From assembly GCA_039096935.1 (NCBI GenBank), contig JBBPEE010000035.1:744001-808000 (forward strand): DNA of 64,000 bases, read 5' to 3'. Origin of the DNA: Blastocystis sp. ATCC 50177/Nand II (lineage: Eukaryota). The notes beneath the pieces are model-generated. The model was not told where the DNA came from. It saw only the letters and a list, made by a program, of their open reading frames with translations, and made no database searches. The translations under genes were made by a program, and so were the position numbers. Positions 25,301-37,790 of this stretch are shown piece after piece. Numbering within the stretch: position 1 is the first letter of the stretch; each line of letters opens with the position of its first letter.

Positions 25301-28300
25301 ACAAAACCGCCTGACTTCAAGAAGAGGACCAACTCAAGACTGTTTCCTCCCGAATTGGATGGTATACAGTGTCTACCGAAAGCTTACCGCGGAAGGTGCT
25401 GTATAGAGGATCGGTTTGTGCTGTTTTCTGTTAGCGGGGATGGTGTTTGCATGAATAAGCGAAGTAAGGAGAATAATTCTTGGTACTTCTTTTCTCTATG
25501 TACTTCGGCAGCACCTTGCGCACAGGGTATGTCGCGTTCCATTTTTACATCGTTTATTGTGCCAGAGAATGGGCCGTCATCCTTATACTGCCCTGAGGGG
25601 GTTAAGGACATTGATAACCCTGCTGTACAGCGCATAATGAAAACGGCATTGGAGGAAACACTCAAGAGAGGGGACGTCATTGACATTCATCTGTGGATGT
25701 ATGCGTCTGGGGTGCATAAGAGAGAGAAGTTTATCACCCACCTGCTCAACGAGTTGCAGAGCATCTATATGGGCTACTTTTCTAAGTCCCATACTGTTCA
25801 GATGTCAGGAAGCGGTCTAGTTGGTGGTGATGACTCTGATGTTCCATCGATGGAAACAGAGAAGAGAACAATGAAGTTGCAGACTGCGGCTAAATCATAC
25901 GTACACCAAGTATTGAGGAGTGTTTTACATGAAATCCGCGAAGAGGGAGATAGAGGATTTGTTGTTGTGTACGGTGATAAGTTGTTTCATATCAGATATG
26001 GGATTGCTACTGTCAGGGCGGACGCGCCGGCAGCTGATGAGATGCTTGATTCCTCTGGTTTGCATACTTCAAATAGTCCCTGCAGAATGTGTAATGTGAG
26101 ACGTTCTTACTTTGACAAGTCTCTGTTGGAAGTGATGCCTGGAATTGAAAACTCGCAATGGAAAGGTCGTGGGGCGACCCCGTACCGTCGTTTTTTCAAC
26201 CCCCTCATTTTGACCCGCCACCTATACCATCATACTCCTCTCGTCGAGTACATTCTGAAACACCTATATATGTACCCCCGCACTCGTGTCTTTGGGTCAT
26301 GGGACATCATTAATCCATATCATCGTCCATATGCACACATCTGCATGCATATGCACACTTATGGATACACATGTGTAAAGTAGTGGCACAAACCCCTGAA
26401 ATGGCACAAACCCCGGAACGACCTCTTAGTTCTTTTTCACCAATTTTCATGTGGATAGGTATTAGTGTAAGAAACATGTTTATTCAATCAAATGTTCTAG
26501 AATCTTCCAGAATCTTCCAAAACGAATAACAGAAATCATTACCTTTTTGGCCAATCTTCATTATTTCTTTGAGATGAACCGCGTGTTTGCAAGGAGTGAA
26601 GTGAGGAATCAAACCTCACCCAGAAAGAAGTTCAGCGCCATCAAACGGCTGAGCGGCGATGTGAATTGCGATGATGTCGATTCCAATCAACTTCTTCAGA
26701 AGAAACTGAAACTCTCCAAATCATCCTACTATAGTGCAGTGAATGCGATGAAAGAGGGGAGGGAGGTTGGGCGCAACGGGAGACCACCCTATCTTCGAGA
26801 TGTGGAAAAGGTCGAATTTTGGGACTGGGTGGAGTGCAAGTCCCATGAGGGTAATTGTGCAACTATGAAGGAGATGCGCGAGTATGTTACGGACATTGTC
26901 CGGGCCAAACGCCCCGCCGTTTTGCATAACCGGAGATTGGTGTCCAGAGGGTACATTCGCAAAATCTTGGGGGAGGGGGGGCTTTTGCTGGATAAGTGTT
27001 GCAATTCCTATACTACTAAGAAACTACTATCCATTGATGAGGCGAGCGAGTTCTTCGCTCTCGTGGGTAAGGTTCTGAAAGAGTACGGAATTACACCTGA
27101 TCTTGTTTTCAATTTTGACGAATCGTGGATCTCGCCCCAGGACAAGGCGCCGCGCTGTAAAGTAGCTCATGCCCGTGGGGATATCCCTACCAAGAAGCAG
27201 GGCAATCCGAGAGAGCACTATACTCTGGTAGGCTGTATCTCGGGGGCGGGTCTGGCATTACCCGAGTATTACATTATCCCTCCCAGAAAGCGCCTCGCGC
27301 CGATTCTGGAGAAGATTCATTTGGATAATAACTACATTGCCCAGTCCGCGAAGGGTTGGATGAGCAATGAGAGCTTAGCTCGGTGGATGCGCGATCTGCT
27401 GATTCCCGCGGTAAATCAGATCAGAGGCAACAACAAGGATAGACATGCCCTGATAATAGCAGATGCGCACGCAAGTCGGTATGACAAGGCTGTGGAGCGA
27501 GCTTTAAGAAGTGAAAACATCCATATGGTCATCCTGCCTGCGAAGACCACTGCTCTCCTCCAACCCCTGGACGTGGGGATCTATAGTCCCTATAAGACCC
27601 ACCTCAAGGAGTACTGCAAGAGCAACGGGATAGAAGCCGTGCTCGATGCTTCTAGAAACGCCTTTTCGGATGCCTTCACAAGAAGCAACATCCTGCAGGC
27701 CTGGAAGCGAACGACACTGCTTTCTGATGACCACTCCTCCATCCTAGCTCAGCTGCCGGAGAAGAACGAAGAACGCCGCAATTGCCGGAAATCGCGATTG
27801 ACGGGAGTGAAGCTGTTCTGAGCCTGGCCAAATTCGGTGTGATAGTGTTTTGTTGTAAACACAAAGAAAATGCAAAAGGGTTTGAAGAAATAGGCCTTGT
27901 GGGGGAGAAATGACGAAAGATACGGTCGACCAATGAGATTTGAGGACCGTTTTTCTCCAGATTCTTCCATAGGAGCTCTTGACTATCTATGGCTTAACCC
28001 TAATAACTCTTCATGTACTATCCATTGGGCAGGGTAGTGGGCGTTTCGCCGGTGGTCGTTCCGGGGTTTGTGCCATTTCAGGGGTTTGTGCCACTACTTT
28101 ACACATGCATGCAGATGCATCCAGATGCACGTCCACTACCCCATCCTAGGCTGACTCTGCATGCATATGTATCCATATGCATCCACATGAGTGCATATGC
28201 ATGCAGATGTGTGCATATGCATACCCACTGAGGACCCACTCCATGCATTCCATCCATCTGCATGCATGAGCGTGCATGTGCATGCATATGTGTGCATCTG

Positions 28301-31300
28301 GATGACTGCTTCAATCATTCTCTTTGGGATTCATCGTTGTATGGGTTGTACGTGATGGCGTTTCACCGGGTACCTTCAGAGGGTGGCGTGCTTGTGTAGG
28401 TGCAACACTGTTCATCCATCTCAATGATTCGGTCCTCCATGAGTGAAGATACGGTCAGTAATGAAGTCGAAGTGAGTGGGTATTAGAGAGACGCTTATAC
28501 TTCGTTCACTCAGCAGTGGTTCATGTGACCCCCTTTGTGTTTATTGAATCAAAGGCGTATAGAGTCAGTAGCTCATCGGTTTGTCAGCACATGCCATTTC
28601 CAAACGGACAGTCTTCGCCCATGCATAGTTTTAGGTGTCTCTCAGAGGGGTGTTTGATGATTACCTTGCTTTGTTCAATAATCAGCATAAATCACATTCA
28701 ATTCTTCCCGGGATAAGAAGCTTCACGTCTTTTCTTTCTTCTACTCATAAGACAGGGTTTGAACTGTTACCAGCATCTCACCGTCACTGGGCTTACGTTG
28801 AGAGTTTCTTCCATTGTTCATTCTGTAGGATCTGGAAAACGACGTCCTTCTACTCATTTCCGGAAGCATGTTGTGGATCCACTTCAGAAGGTGAAACTCC
28901 TTGTCATTCAGGAAGTCGCACGTCTCCTCAACTCGTTCAAGAGTGTACTCCTTTCCCACATACTCCCGCACGCGCCAATACTCTCTCTCCAGTTTAGCAC
29001 CCTGATCACATGAATGCAAGGCACTTTCTTCCATTTGGGTTAGTGACAGCTGCAGGGGTTTGCAGTATCCGACAAATCAACGATGTAGCACTCTTTGTGT
29101 CCCGTATCCTTCACCTTGTACATGTAACGACCTATGATATCACTCGTCACCGTAATATGCACCCTTAGACTCAGGAATCTCCCTCCCGTCCTTATGACAA
29201 GGAACAACTTCAAACACCCTCTCGTACTTCGTGACGTAGTGACCACGGCGGTTGACTTCACTCACAACCCATGGGCACATGATATCCTCCCTCTTGTGCG
29301 GCTCGACGGGAAGATACGTCTTCGCGGTGTGCAGCGTATTCATCCTCTTCTCGATGCACAACAGTATCCACTCCACCAGAATTCGGTAACGGTTGAAGAA
29401 ACCCGCTTCTCTCGCACTTCCTGCACCGGTGATGTCCTGCTTCAGCATCGACATGCAACTCTCCACTGGGTTCGATGACCGGATCATGAGATGGTTGAAC
29501 TTCCATCGGTGCATCATCAACTCTGGCAGGGTCTTCAAGAACTTGCAGCAGCAGCACTTCTGCGACTCGGGGATTCCACCATCCAGCTCCCTCTCCATCT
29601 CCTCCATCATCGCCAACCATTCATTTGCTTCCTCCTCCGTCACGGACAGACATGCCTTCCAAAAGAGACCGACAAACCGGTTGAAGTCCTCCACGTTCTC
29701 TCGGTTCTGTCGTGACAGCTCACCGTGGTGGTCGTTCCACAACTTCTGAAGGCTTCTGCTGGCATGCACGACACACGGAGACCATTCAGCATCCGGAAAC
29801 GTGACTTCAACTGCTACTCGAATTGCCGGCGCGCAGTCGCTCCTGTTCCTGATTGCCAGCTTAACGGCCTTCTGAAGGAGAAAATGGCGGCTGTGAGCGG
29901 TTTCGCTGCCCAACTGAAGGAGACGCCAGTTGCGAAGAAGCGGGTTGTGCTGCAGCGGCTGACGAAAGTCGTGGATCTATTGAAATCCGACTATAATCCT
30001 TGTTGAAACACACAATAGGGTGCATACCCAAATCCATCTGCACCCAGATGCACGCTCATGCATGCACATGCACGCTCATGCATGCAGATGGACGGAATGC
30101 ATGGAGTGGGTCCTCAGTGGGCATGCATATGCACACATCTGCATGCATATGGACACATATGGATACACATGCATGCATATGCATGCAGAGTCAGTCTAGG
30201 ATGGGGTAGTGGACGTACATCTGCATGCATATGTACACATGTGTATCCATAAGAGTGCATATGCATGCAGATGTGTGCATATGGACGATGATATGTTTGA
30301 ATGATGTCCCATGACCCAAAGACACGAGTGCGGGGGTACATATATAGGTGTTTCAGAATGTACTCGACGAGAGGAGTATGATGGTATAGGTGGCGGGTCA
30401 AAATGAGGTGGTTGAAAATACGGCAGTGTGGGGTCGCCCAAGGTCGTGAATACTTCCGTGGGTTTTCTTCCGCGTTGACAGACTCAGCGATGGATGATTC
30501 AAGAAGATGGATTAATCATTTGTCGTTTCTCCATTACACTCTTCGCAACACCGAGAATCCTGTGAATACAGTCGTTGACACACTTTGCCGGGAGGTGACG
30601 AGAATCACAAGAAGAGAAGTTCCTCCAAGACAGCGTGAAGAGTTCTTGCTGCTAACTCGGTATTGCTCCCTTCGCACAACCAACAATCCTCCGTATCACC
30701 CTTCATCCTTATCCTTCAATCCGCCCTTCGTTTCCATGAAGGAATGCAAGAATCCCACGGCAATTCCTTTTTCCAATGGTTGTGTGAATCTGTCGTCTTC
30801 ATTGGGACTATTACCCTCGAGATGTGTTTGCATTGATATGATGCATACACTGGCAAACGTCGTTATTCAATTCCTGTATCCTTTCTTCGTGGAGGAAAAG
30901 GACTTGAAGGGCAAGCCACAGCAGTACATGAAGGAGGCTAGGGATGCGCTGAGTAAAGCGGGAATCAACGTCGCAGGGTTTGAAACAACATTCTACTGGC
31001 TACTGTCACCTCGGATTATTGCCGAAGCCAGGAATGGTTTGCTTCTGCTTGGTATGTCTGTTACAAATCCGGTGTTCCAAGCATTGCTGTCCTTTCCCTC
31101 TTTGCAAGGCAGCAAAACCCACACGTTACATGTACTTGCCTTTTCTTTCTTGCCAGTGATTCTCCTTCCGTTTCGGAACCATCCCTATGTTAGATGTATT
31201 ACGTCTATTCTGGCTGTCTGCTACCGATTGTACTATTCCAGAAAAGCGGTATCTCAGCTGCTGATTCTGAAGTATCAATTGGGTCTCCTGCTGAATGAAT

Positions 31301-32328
31301 ATGAGACACTGATTCCAGTTTCCTACATCACGGTGTCTATCCACTATCTCCTCCACCTTGTTGACTGCATCCTTTTTCACGGCTGTCTGAAGGATATGGA
31401 CTGCTTTCCCATCGAGTCAACATACTTCAACATTAAGGAGATGTACCTCAGCACACGTAACTCGATTGTGACGTCATTCCTCAAGGTTATCATGAGTATT
31501 CCCGCCAACCTTGTTGTTTCCACGATCAAGACAATCACTCTAAGTCATGAGTTGGCAGACTGTGATGTGAAAGCTTCTATCCTCTCTGTCTCGTCCAAGG
31601 AAGTCCTGCTACGAACGCTCTTCAACTACATTGGCGACGCAAGACTCTTGTCAAATGGATCGTTCAGGCACATTACCCTATGGGATATCGAAATGTGTAC
31701 AACGGTGAATGCCTTTTGTGAGAAGTGCACTTCCAGCAAAGAGTGGGTTGATTGTTCTATCATGTCCGGAAATCCGTTAATGCCCCCGCAAACGGATGAG
31801 AGTGTGATGAGAACCAAGAGTGATGCTTCTTGCTTACAGGCATTTGCAAAAATGTGTGCCATTTCTCTCCCTACGGATCAGTATCTCCGACTCGCTACTA
31901 CTTCTTCTTGTACTGTGGATGGAATGGTTCTTTCCTCTATACCCTATGCTCTCAAGGACCTATCCAGCGAAATCCTGTGCAAGAATAGTGGTTCCTTTGT
32001 GTTCTTGCTTGATTACAACGAATGCGTGCATCTGTATGCCCTGTGTGGGTTCTTTGCATCAAGGGTATATGACAACCGGTATGAGCAAGCTTGGGGCTAT
32101 GAAGTGCCAACGATTTCTGTGTTGAGTGATGTGGACACAGTCTGCTGCCGGTTAGTTGCATTGAATTCTCCGAGAATGAAATCCACTCCGTTCTTGGAGT
32201 TGCTATCAGTGAGAAGATGCATTGGTGACTTGCTCATCAGTGAAGTGAATAGCAATACAATAGCTGTTGTGTCTGAGAAAACAGGATTGTTTCAAATGCA
32301 TAAGCATATACCCTTTCAGCGGTTCTAG
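22390..32328 (+). CDS. Very large CMC/EnSpm-type DDE transposase, spliced, interrupted by MULE-A (26172-30439)
   Basis: CxxC...CxxC then LYIPP; SVSGDGV; RADAPA...HTSNSPCRMC; IDMMH; IHYLLHLVDCILFHG...CFPIES. Junction restores QWKGR-EYFRGF in frame. A 27-nt intron links ORFs 23249 and 24278. 5' start approximate. Confidence 0.8.
26378..28099 (+). mobile_element. pogo-type transposon, copy 3, inside the left TIR of MULE-A
   Basis: 46-bp TIRs; TA at 26376-77 and 28100-01; 1,722 bp. Confidence 0.97.
26547..27821 (+). CDS. pogo-type DD35D transposase, intact (424 aa from TTG; first ATG at codon 10)
   Basis: GRPPYL, VFNFDES, KGWM, IIADAH, LLQPLDVG; 35 residues between the second and third Asp. Confidence 0.93.
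   Translation: MANLHYFFEMNRVFARSEVRNQTSPRKKFSAIKRLSGDVNCDDVDSNQLLQKKLKLSKSSYYSAVNAMKEGREVGRNGRPPYLRDVEKVEFWDWVECKSHEGNCATMKEMREYVTDIVRAKRPAVLHNRRLVSRGYIRKILGEGGLLLDKCCNSYTTKKLLSIDEASEFFALVGKVLKEYGITPDLVFNFDESWISPQDKAPRCKVAHARGDIPTKKQGNPREHYTLVGCISGAGLALPEYYIIPPRKRLAPILEKIHLDNNYIAQSAKGWMSNESLARWMRDLLIPAVNQIRGNNKDRHALIIADAHASRYDKAVERALRSENIHMVILPAKTTALLQPLDVGIYSPYKTHLKEYCKSNGIEAVLDASRNAFSDAFTRSNILQAWKRTTLLSDDHSSILAQLPEKNEERRNCRKSRLTGVKLF
28741..30043 (-). pseudogene. MULE transposase pseudogene (5'-truncated, stops and frameshifts)
   Basis: SDCAPAIRVAVEVTFPDAEWSPCVVH, SSNPVES, FFNRYR, SWIM motif CSCH*...PCIH; homologous to 41106-43882. Confidence 0.88.
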
Positions 32329-35300
32329 AAGAAATCGGGCAGAGCGCGACGGAGTATAAAGTAGTGGCACAAACCCCTGAAATGGCACAAACCCCGGAAC
32401 GACCACCGGCGAAACGCCCACTACCCTGCCCAATGGATAGTACATGAAGAGTTATTAGGGTTAAGCCATAGATAGTCAAGAGCTCCTATGGAAGAATCTG
32501 GAGAAAAACGGTCCTCAAATCTCATTGGTCGACCGTATCTTTCGTCATTTCTCCCCCACAAGGCCTATTTCTTCAAACCCTTTTGCATTTTCTTTGTGTT
32601 TACAACAAAACACTATCACACCGAATTTGGCCAGGCTCAGAACAGCTTCACTCCCGTCAATCGCGATTTCCGGCAATTGCGGCGTTCTTCGTTCTTCTCC
32701 GGCAGCTGAGCTAGGATGGAGGAGTGGTCATCAGAAAGCAGTGTCGTTCGCTTCCAGGCCTGCAGGATGTTGCTTCTTGTGAAGGCATCCGAAAAGGCGT
32801 TTCTAGAAGCATCGAGCACGGCTTCTATCCCGTTGCTCTTGCAGTACTCCTTGAGGTGGGTCTTATAGGGACTATAGATCCCCACGTCCAGGGGTTGGAG
32901 GAGAGCAGTGGTCTTCGCAGGCAGGATGACCATATGGATGTTTTCACTTCTTAAAGCTCGCTCCACAGCCTTGTCATACCGACTTGCGTGCGCATCTGCT
33001 ATTATCAGGGCATGTCTATCCTTGTTGTTGCCTCTGATCTGATTTACCGCGGGAATCAGCAGATCGCGCATCCACCGAGCTAAGCTCTCATTGCTCATCC
33101 AACCCTTCGCGGACTGGGCAATGTAGTTATTATCCAAATGAATCTTCTCCAGAATCGGCGCGAGGCGCTTTCTGGGAGGGATAATGTAATACTCGGGTAA
33201 TGCCAGACCCGCCCCCGAGATACAGCCTACCAGAGTATAGTGCTCTCTCGGATTGCCCTGCTTCTTGGTAGGGATATCCCCACGGGCATGAGCTACTTTA
33301 CAGCGCGGCGCCTTGTCCTGGGGCGAGATCCACGATTCGTCAAAATTGAAAACAAGATCAGGTGTAATTCCGTACTCTTTCAGAACCTTACCCACGAGAG
33401 CGAAGAACTCGCTCGCCTCATCAATGGATAGTAGTTTCTTAGTAGTATAGGAATTGCAACACTTATCCAGCAAAAGCCCCCCCTCCCCCAAGATTTTGCG
33501 AATGTACCCTCTGGACACCAATCTCCGGTTATGCAAAACGGCGGGGCGTTTGGCCCGGACAATGTCCGTAACATACTCGCGCATCTCCTTCATAGTTGCA
33601 CAATTACCCTCATGGGACTTGCACTCCACCCAGTCCCAAAATTCGACCTTTTCCACATCTCGAAGATAGGGTGGTCTCCCGTTGCGCCCAACCTCCCTCC
33701 CCTCTTTCATCGCATTCACTGCACTATAGTAGGATGATTTGGAGAGTTTCAGTTTCTTCTGAAGAAGTTGATTGGAATCGACATCATCGCAATTCACATC
33801 GCCGCTCAGCCGTTTGATGGCGCTGAACTTCTTTCTGGGTGAGGTTTGATTCCTCACTTCACTCCTTGCAAACACGCGGTTCATCTCAAAGAAATAATGA
33901 AGATTGGCCAAAAAGGTAATGATTTCTGTTATTCGTTTTGGAAGATTCTGGAAGATTCTAGAACATTTGATTGAATAAACATGTTTCTTACACTAATACC
34001 TATCCACATGAAAATTGGTGAAAAAGAACTAAGAGGTCGTTCCGGGGTTTGTGCCATTTCAGGGGTTTGTGCCACTACTTTAGAGTCTATATATAACAAG
34101 ATGTTGCTTACACACACCATTCTCACTAGTCACTTCCTCTTCTTCAGAAGCCGTTTCATCAATCTCGCAATCAGTATTCCTCCTCTTTTCAGCAGCGTTA
34201 GTAGCATCGATTTGTCTCTTTTCAGCATTCTGGTTGCGGGAAGGACCAGGAAGAGAGTTTGATGAATTGAAGAACGTATTCTTTATTCTCACTTCATTAC
34301 CGTTCTTATAGCCTAGCAACGGCTCGTAAAAGGGGTTAAGGTTCCGCCACGGCGGAATACAAACCACATGAAGATCATCAATAGTCATGAAAGACCAGCC
34401 GTCCTTTTCACTAACAACGCAATCTTCAGTAACTGCCGGATAGTTGCGACGATCGTTGCAGTACTTCTTTAGTGCATTCCGATCGAAGAGAGTGAGAGAA
34501 CGCAACCATGACTGAACTACACAAATCAGTGAACACAGCATGACTTACAGATCTGCCGATCCTTATGTATGCCATCCAGGTAATCCTTGCTAGCACCACG
34601 CAAGGCACATCCTTTTGCATTCTACATGACATTACTGAAAAAGAAACCAATACACCAAGCTGCAACTGAATCTCACGCTTGAAATACCAAAACACGTTCT
34701 TCTTGTCCTCCTTCTCACAATTTAGGGATTCAAATAACGCCTTTGTCTTTGTAATCAATGACTGAACATCCCGGTTGCGACTAACCACGTTGGTATTGCC
34801 AATCGCAGCAGCATACAATTTCTTGAAAAGGCGATCCGTGGATGTTATTCCCTGCAATAGTTCTCGTTCATTCTCAATAAAAGAATCGATGGTTTGCTAT
34901 GCATTACCTAATCGCAGCATTGGAACCCTATGTACTAAGCTAATGTAGTCATATGAAGGTGTATAATACTGTTTGAGCTTTCCATCTTCAGAAATGGCAA
35001 GGCTCGGTGTTATACAATGCTCTAGGCAAAATAGCACATAATTGAACCAACGAATATGCATTTCAATTGCATCTCTCCACGCCTGCATACTCGTATTTGA
35101 AAAGAATGACGATTCCGTCCTCGACACAAGACGTCTTTGAATATTGCAAATCATATCAAAATCCATCATGCACTGAAACTGATAATAGATAGCATCTACG
35201 AAACTGAGTCGCAATTGTCATCACCTACCTAGCAGGTCATTGTCAATATATCTTGGCTTCTCCTTAGACATGCAGTATTGCAGGTAGACTTTAAACAACT

Positions 35301-35388
35301 TATAACCAGCAGCCTTAATTGCCGCCCTAGATTCATTGTATGCATCCCATAATGCTTGGACCTCGGGGTTCTTCTCTTTTGTTGGCAT
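32325..35388 (-). CDS. Hypothetical spliced gene inside the EnSpm-like element (candidate accessory gene), last exon interrupted by pogo copy 4
   Basis: Consecutive minus-strand exons starting MPTKEKNPEVQALW; after removing copy 4 and a 31-nt intron it ends ...ENDSILRRALPDFF*. No recognisable domain. Confidence 0.6.
32359..34080 (-). mobile_element. pogo-type transposon, copy 4
   Basis: 46-bp TIRs; TA at 32357-58 and 34081-82. Confidence 0.97.
32637..33911 (-). CDS. pogo-type DD35D transposase, intact
   Basis: Identical 424-aa ORF. Confidence 0.93.
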   Translation of the reverse strand: MANLHYFFEMNRVFARSEVRNQTSPRKKFSAIKRLSGDVNCDDVDSNQLLQKKLKLSKSSYYSAVNAMKEGREVGRNGRPPYLRDVEKVEFWDWVECKSHEGNCATMKEMREYVTDIVRAKRPAVLHNRRLVSRGYIRKILGEGGLLLDKCCNSYTTKKLLSIDEASEFFALVGKVLKEYGITPDLVFNFDESWISPQDKAPRCKVAHARGDIPTKKQGNPREHYTLVGCISGAGLALPEYYIIPPRKRLAPILEKIHLDNNYIAQSAKGWMSNESLARWMRDLLIPAVNQIRGNNKDRHALIIADAHASRYDKAVERALRSENIHMVILPAKTTALLQPLDVGIYSPYKTHLKEYCKSNGIEAVLDASRNAFSDAFTRSNILQAWKRTTLLSDDHSSILAQLPEKNEERRNCRKSRLTGVKLF

Positions 35389-36505
35389 TATCGATTGTAA
35401 ATGAAAGAAATGACGAACTATGGAATTGTAGTGTAATTATGATGTGTTCATTCCGACGTGGTTCCACGATTCACTGTTCCACGATCCGTTCGCCATTCTT
35501 TTTTTGGTGGTTTTGCAAGGTTATGTGTTCTTGGTCACCGACTGCTATAACGTGTTGTTCTATGTAAATGCAAGCTGGAATGAGCTTGCTGAAGTGTTGT
35601 GAAGATGTACTTGGAATTCTGGTGATGATGAAGCATAGGGTTGGTTTGCCAATGAGTGAAGGACGAAAAGCAATCAGGGGGTTTTCTGGGGTCAAAACGC
35701 TCAAATTCGATGGTCGATGTTGATTCTGACATGGATGCTTCGTATGACCGATATGATCATCCTCATGAATAGGGAAGCTGATGATTCGCAGATAGGAAGG
35801 CAATCGTCGCGGTATTAGCTGGATTCCCAATTGCTCTGAAGATGTCAAGACCTTACGGATTGAGCAATTCTGTAAGCTTGTATTTGACTTGGCTAATGGT
35901 ATAGTGAGCGAAGAACCTGCTAATAACGAGTTCCTTCTCTAAGTGAGTGATTCTTTGGTTATCTGATGAAGTAGACTATTAGCGATATCTACTACGACAC
36001 GCTGTTCTTCACTTCTATCTCCGCTTCTATGTAAGTGCTTTGGTATTGGTTCTTATGAAGTAGAGTATGATTTCAGCTTCGTACTACAAGGAGCTCTCGT
36101 ATGAGCTCTTAGTAGTACAGCGTGGCTTCATACTGTGTGAAGCAAAGCGGAATGAGCGAGCTGGAGCGAGGTATTAAGAAATGAGAAAATCGTCCTGTTT
36201 TTTGATAACAAAGAAGCCACTACTTTTGGATGGAAGAAATAGTCACTACTTTTGGATGAAAATACCCACTTCTTCTGGAAATAGATAATCTGGACTATTT
36301 TTGCACTCAATGAATAGCGCTCTAATAGCCTTGCACTATGGTTCATTCGAATAGTGACACCGAAGATACAGTAAGAAATGAATATGAAGAACAAACACCT
36401 TAAATTGAGAGATGCAAAATAGCTACACCAGATGCCAGAAGTAGAGACTATTTTGTTTTGACCATTGGACCCAAAAAGCCCCTATATACTCCGGTTACAG
36501 GGATA

Positions 36506-37530
36506 GACTCTTTACTGATAAGAGTACTAGATACATCAATTTTGGGGGAGTATTCAATGATTTGCCAGATTGTATTATCACAGGTGAAGTACCATCTTTC
36601 TCTCTTCAAACATCTGATGTTCTAATGATGACAGGTGCTTCTGATAACCATGCATTAATGTCATTCAACTGTCTTTATTCAATGGTATTAGCAGATCCAT
36701 ATGCATCATATGTGTATCTTAACTTGGGGATGAACAACAGAACAGAGAATATGCTATTCAGTCACTTCAGAACAATAATCATGATTCAAGGGAAAATGAA
36801 GTCATCCGGGATAGTGGGATATAGAGTGTTCAATTGGGACAGCTTCCCAGAATGGATGTCAATAAAGAAACGAGGTGCACGTGATAGTGGCTACTCATGG
36901 AAGGTCATTCCTGTAGTTGATGTTTTCTATGAATGGAAGGCAATTCTTTACTGGCTAGATGGTGGATGTGTTATTAGAGATGGCATTAACAGAGAAGTGA
37001 CAATGGCAAGACATCACGGATTATTTTCTCCCCATTCTGGTGGAGATGTTAATCAATGGACACACAATGATACACAACACTTCATGGTGAAGAACGGACT
37101 TCTCCATCATTATGTGGATGGAAAGCAGCCAATGGCAATGGGAGGCGTTTTTGTTATGGATTATTCAAATGCGACAATAAGGAATAGAGTAGTCCCATTG
37201 TTATTGAGGTGTGCATATACTCAGAAGTGTATTGTTCCAAAGAACTCATCATACTACAATCATCGTCAAGATCAATCAGTGTTAACTCTACTAATTGCGG
37301 AGTATCATATTCCTTACTGTGCAACAGTTAAGTATAAGTACACTCCCGCCCTTCATACAGATGGACTTACCCCAGACGGTATTAAGAGAACCGCTTTGAA
37401 TTTGCTTACAAAGATACAAAACACATATAACATTCGTGTGCAGAACGAATACTATAATATAACTGGATGGAAGCAAACAAGAGAGGAGTTCCATGAAGTA
37501 TCAAGAGAAATCGATGATAGTTGGTATTGA
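36506..37530 (+). CDS. 3' part of DUF1647-like putative glycosyltransferase gene
   Basis: TGASDNH, YSWK, YWLDGG, CAYTQKCIVP, NHRQDQSVLTLL; N-terminus lies at 19590-19820. Confidence 0.7.
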
Positions 37531-37790
37531 CTGTATAAACAAACAAACATGTTTGCTAAATCACGGATGTCTCCCTTCACCGGTGGTCACTCTTCCCCTG
37601 CTTTACTCTTTGGGCCCCTCGGCGGTGCTCGTCAAACTCAAATGAGGGGGTTCCTGTACAACCACAGGTATAAATGCCGCGAGCTTTTGAAACGCCACCA
37701 CTACCATATGATCAGGCACACTGTCTACTATACATGGCTAGTCGGTACACCCGACGGAAACGGCTCCTTGACATAACTGAATACAAATCA

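Larger units (their letters stand above)
26172..30439 (-). mobile_element. MULE-A: Mutator-like element with ~400-bp foldback TIRs
   Basis: 9-bp TSD AAGGTCGTG (26163-26171, 30440-30448). TIRs start GGGCGACCCC. Left arm 26172-26377 plus 28102-28304, right arm 30041-30439, with TGCA/ATGC-rich subrepeats. Confidence 0.93.
19821..36502 (+). mobile_element. CMC/EnSpm (CACTA-like) DNA transposon, 16.7 kb including nested insertions
   Basis: Perfect 17-bp TIRs CCCTGTAACCGGAGTAT (19821-19837, 36486-36502); 3-bp TSD ATA (19818-20, 36503-05); internal CMC-type transposase; the empty site restores a host ORF. Confidence 0.9.

Noticed and set aside
28013..28318. His/Cys/Met-rich small ORFs (also 30000-30441)
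   Set aside because: Translations of TGCA-rich MULE TIR subrepeats.
36217..36226. GCCACTACTT identical to the pogo terminus
   Set aside because: Only 10 bp, not followed by TA, and part of a local repeat.
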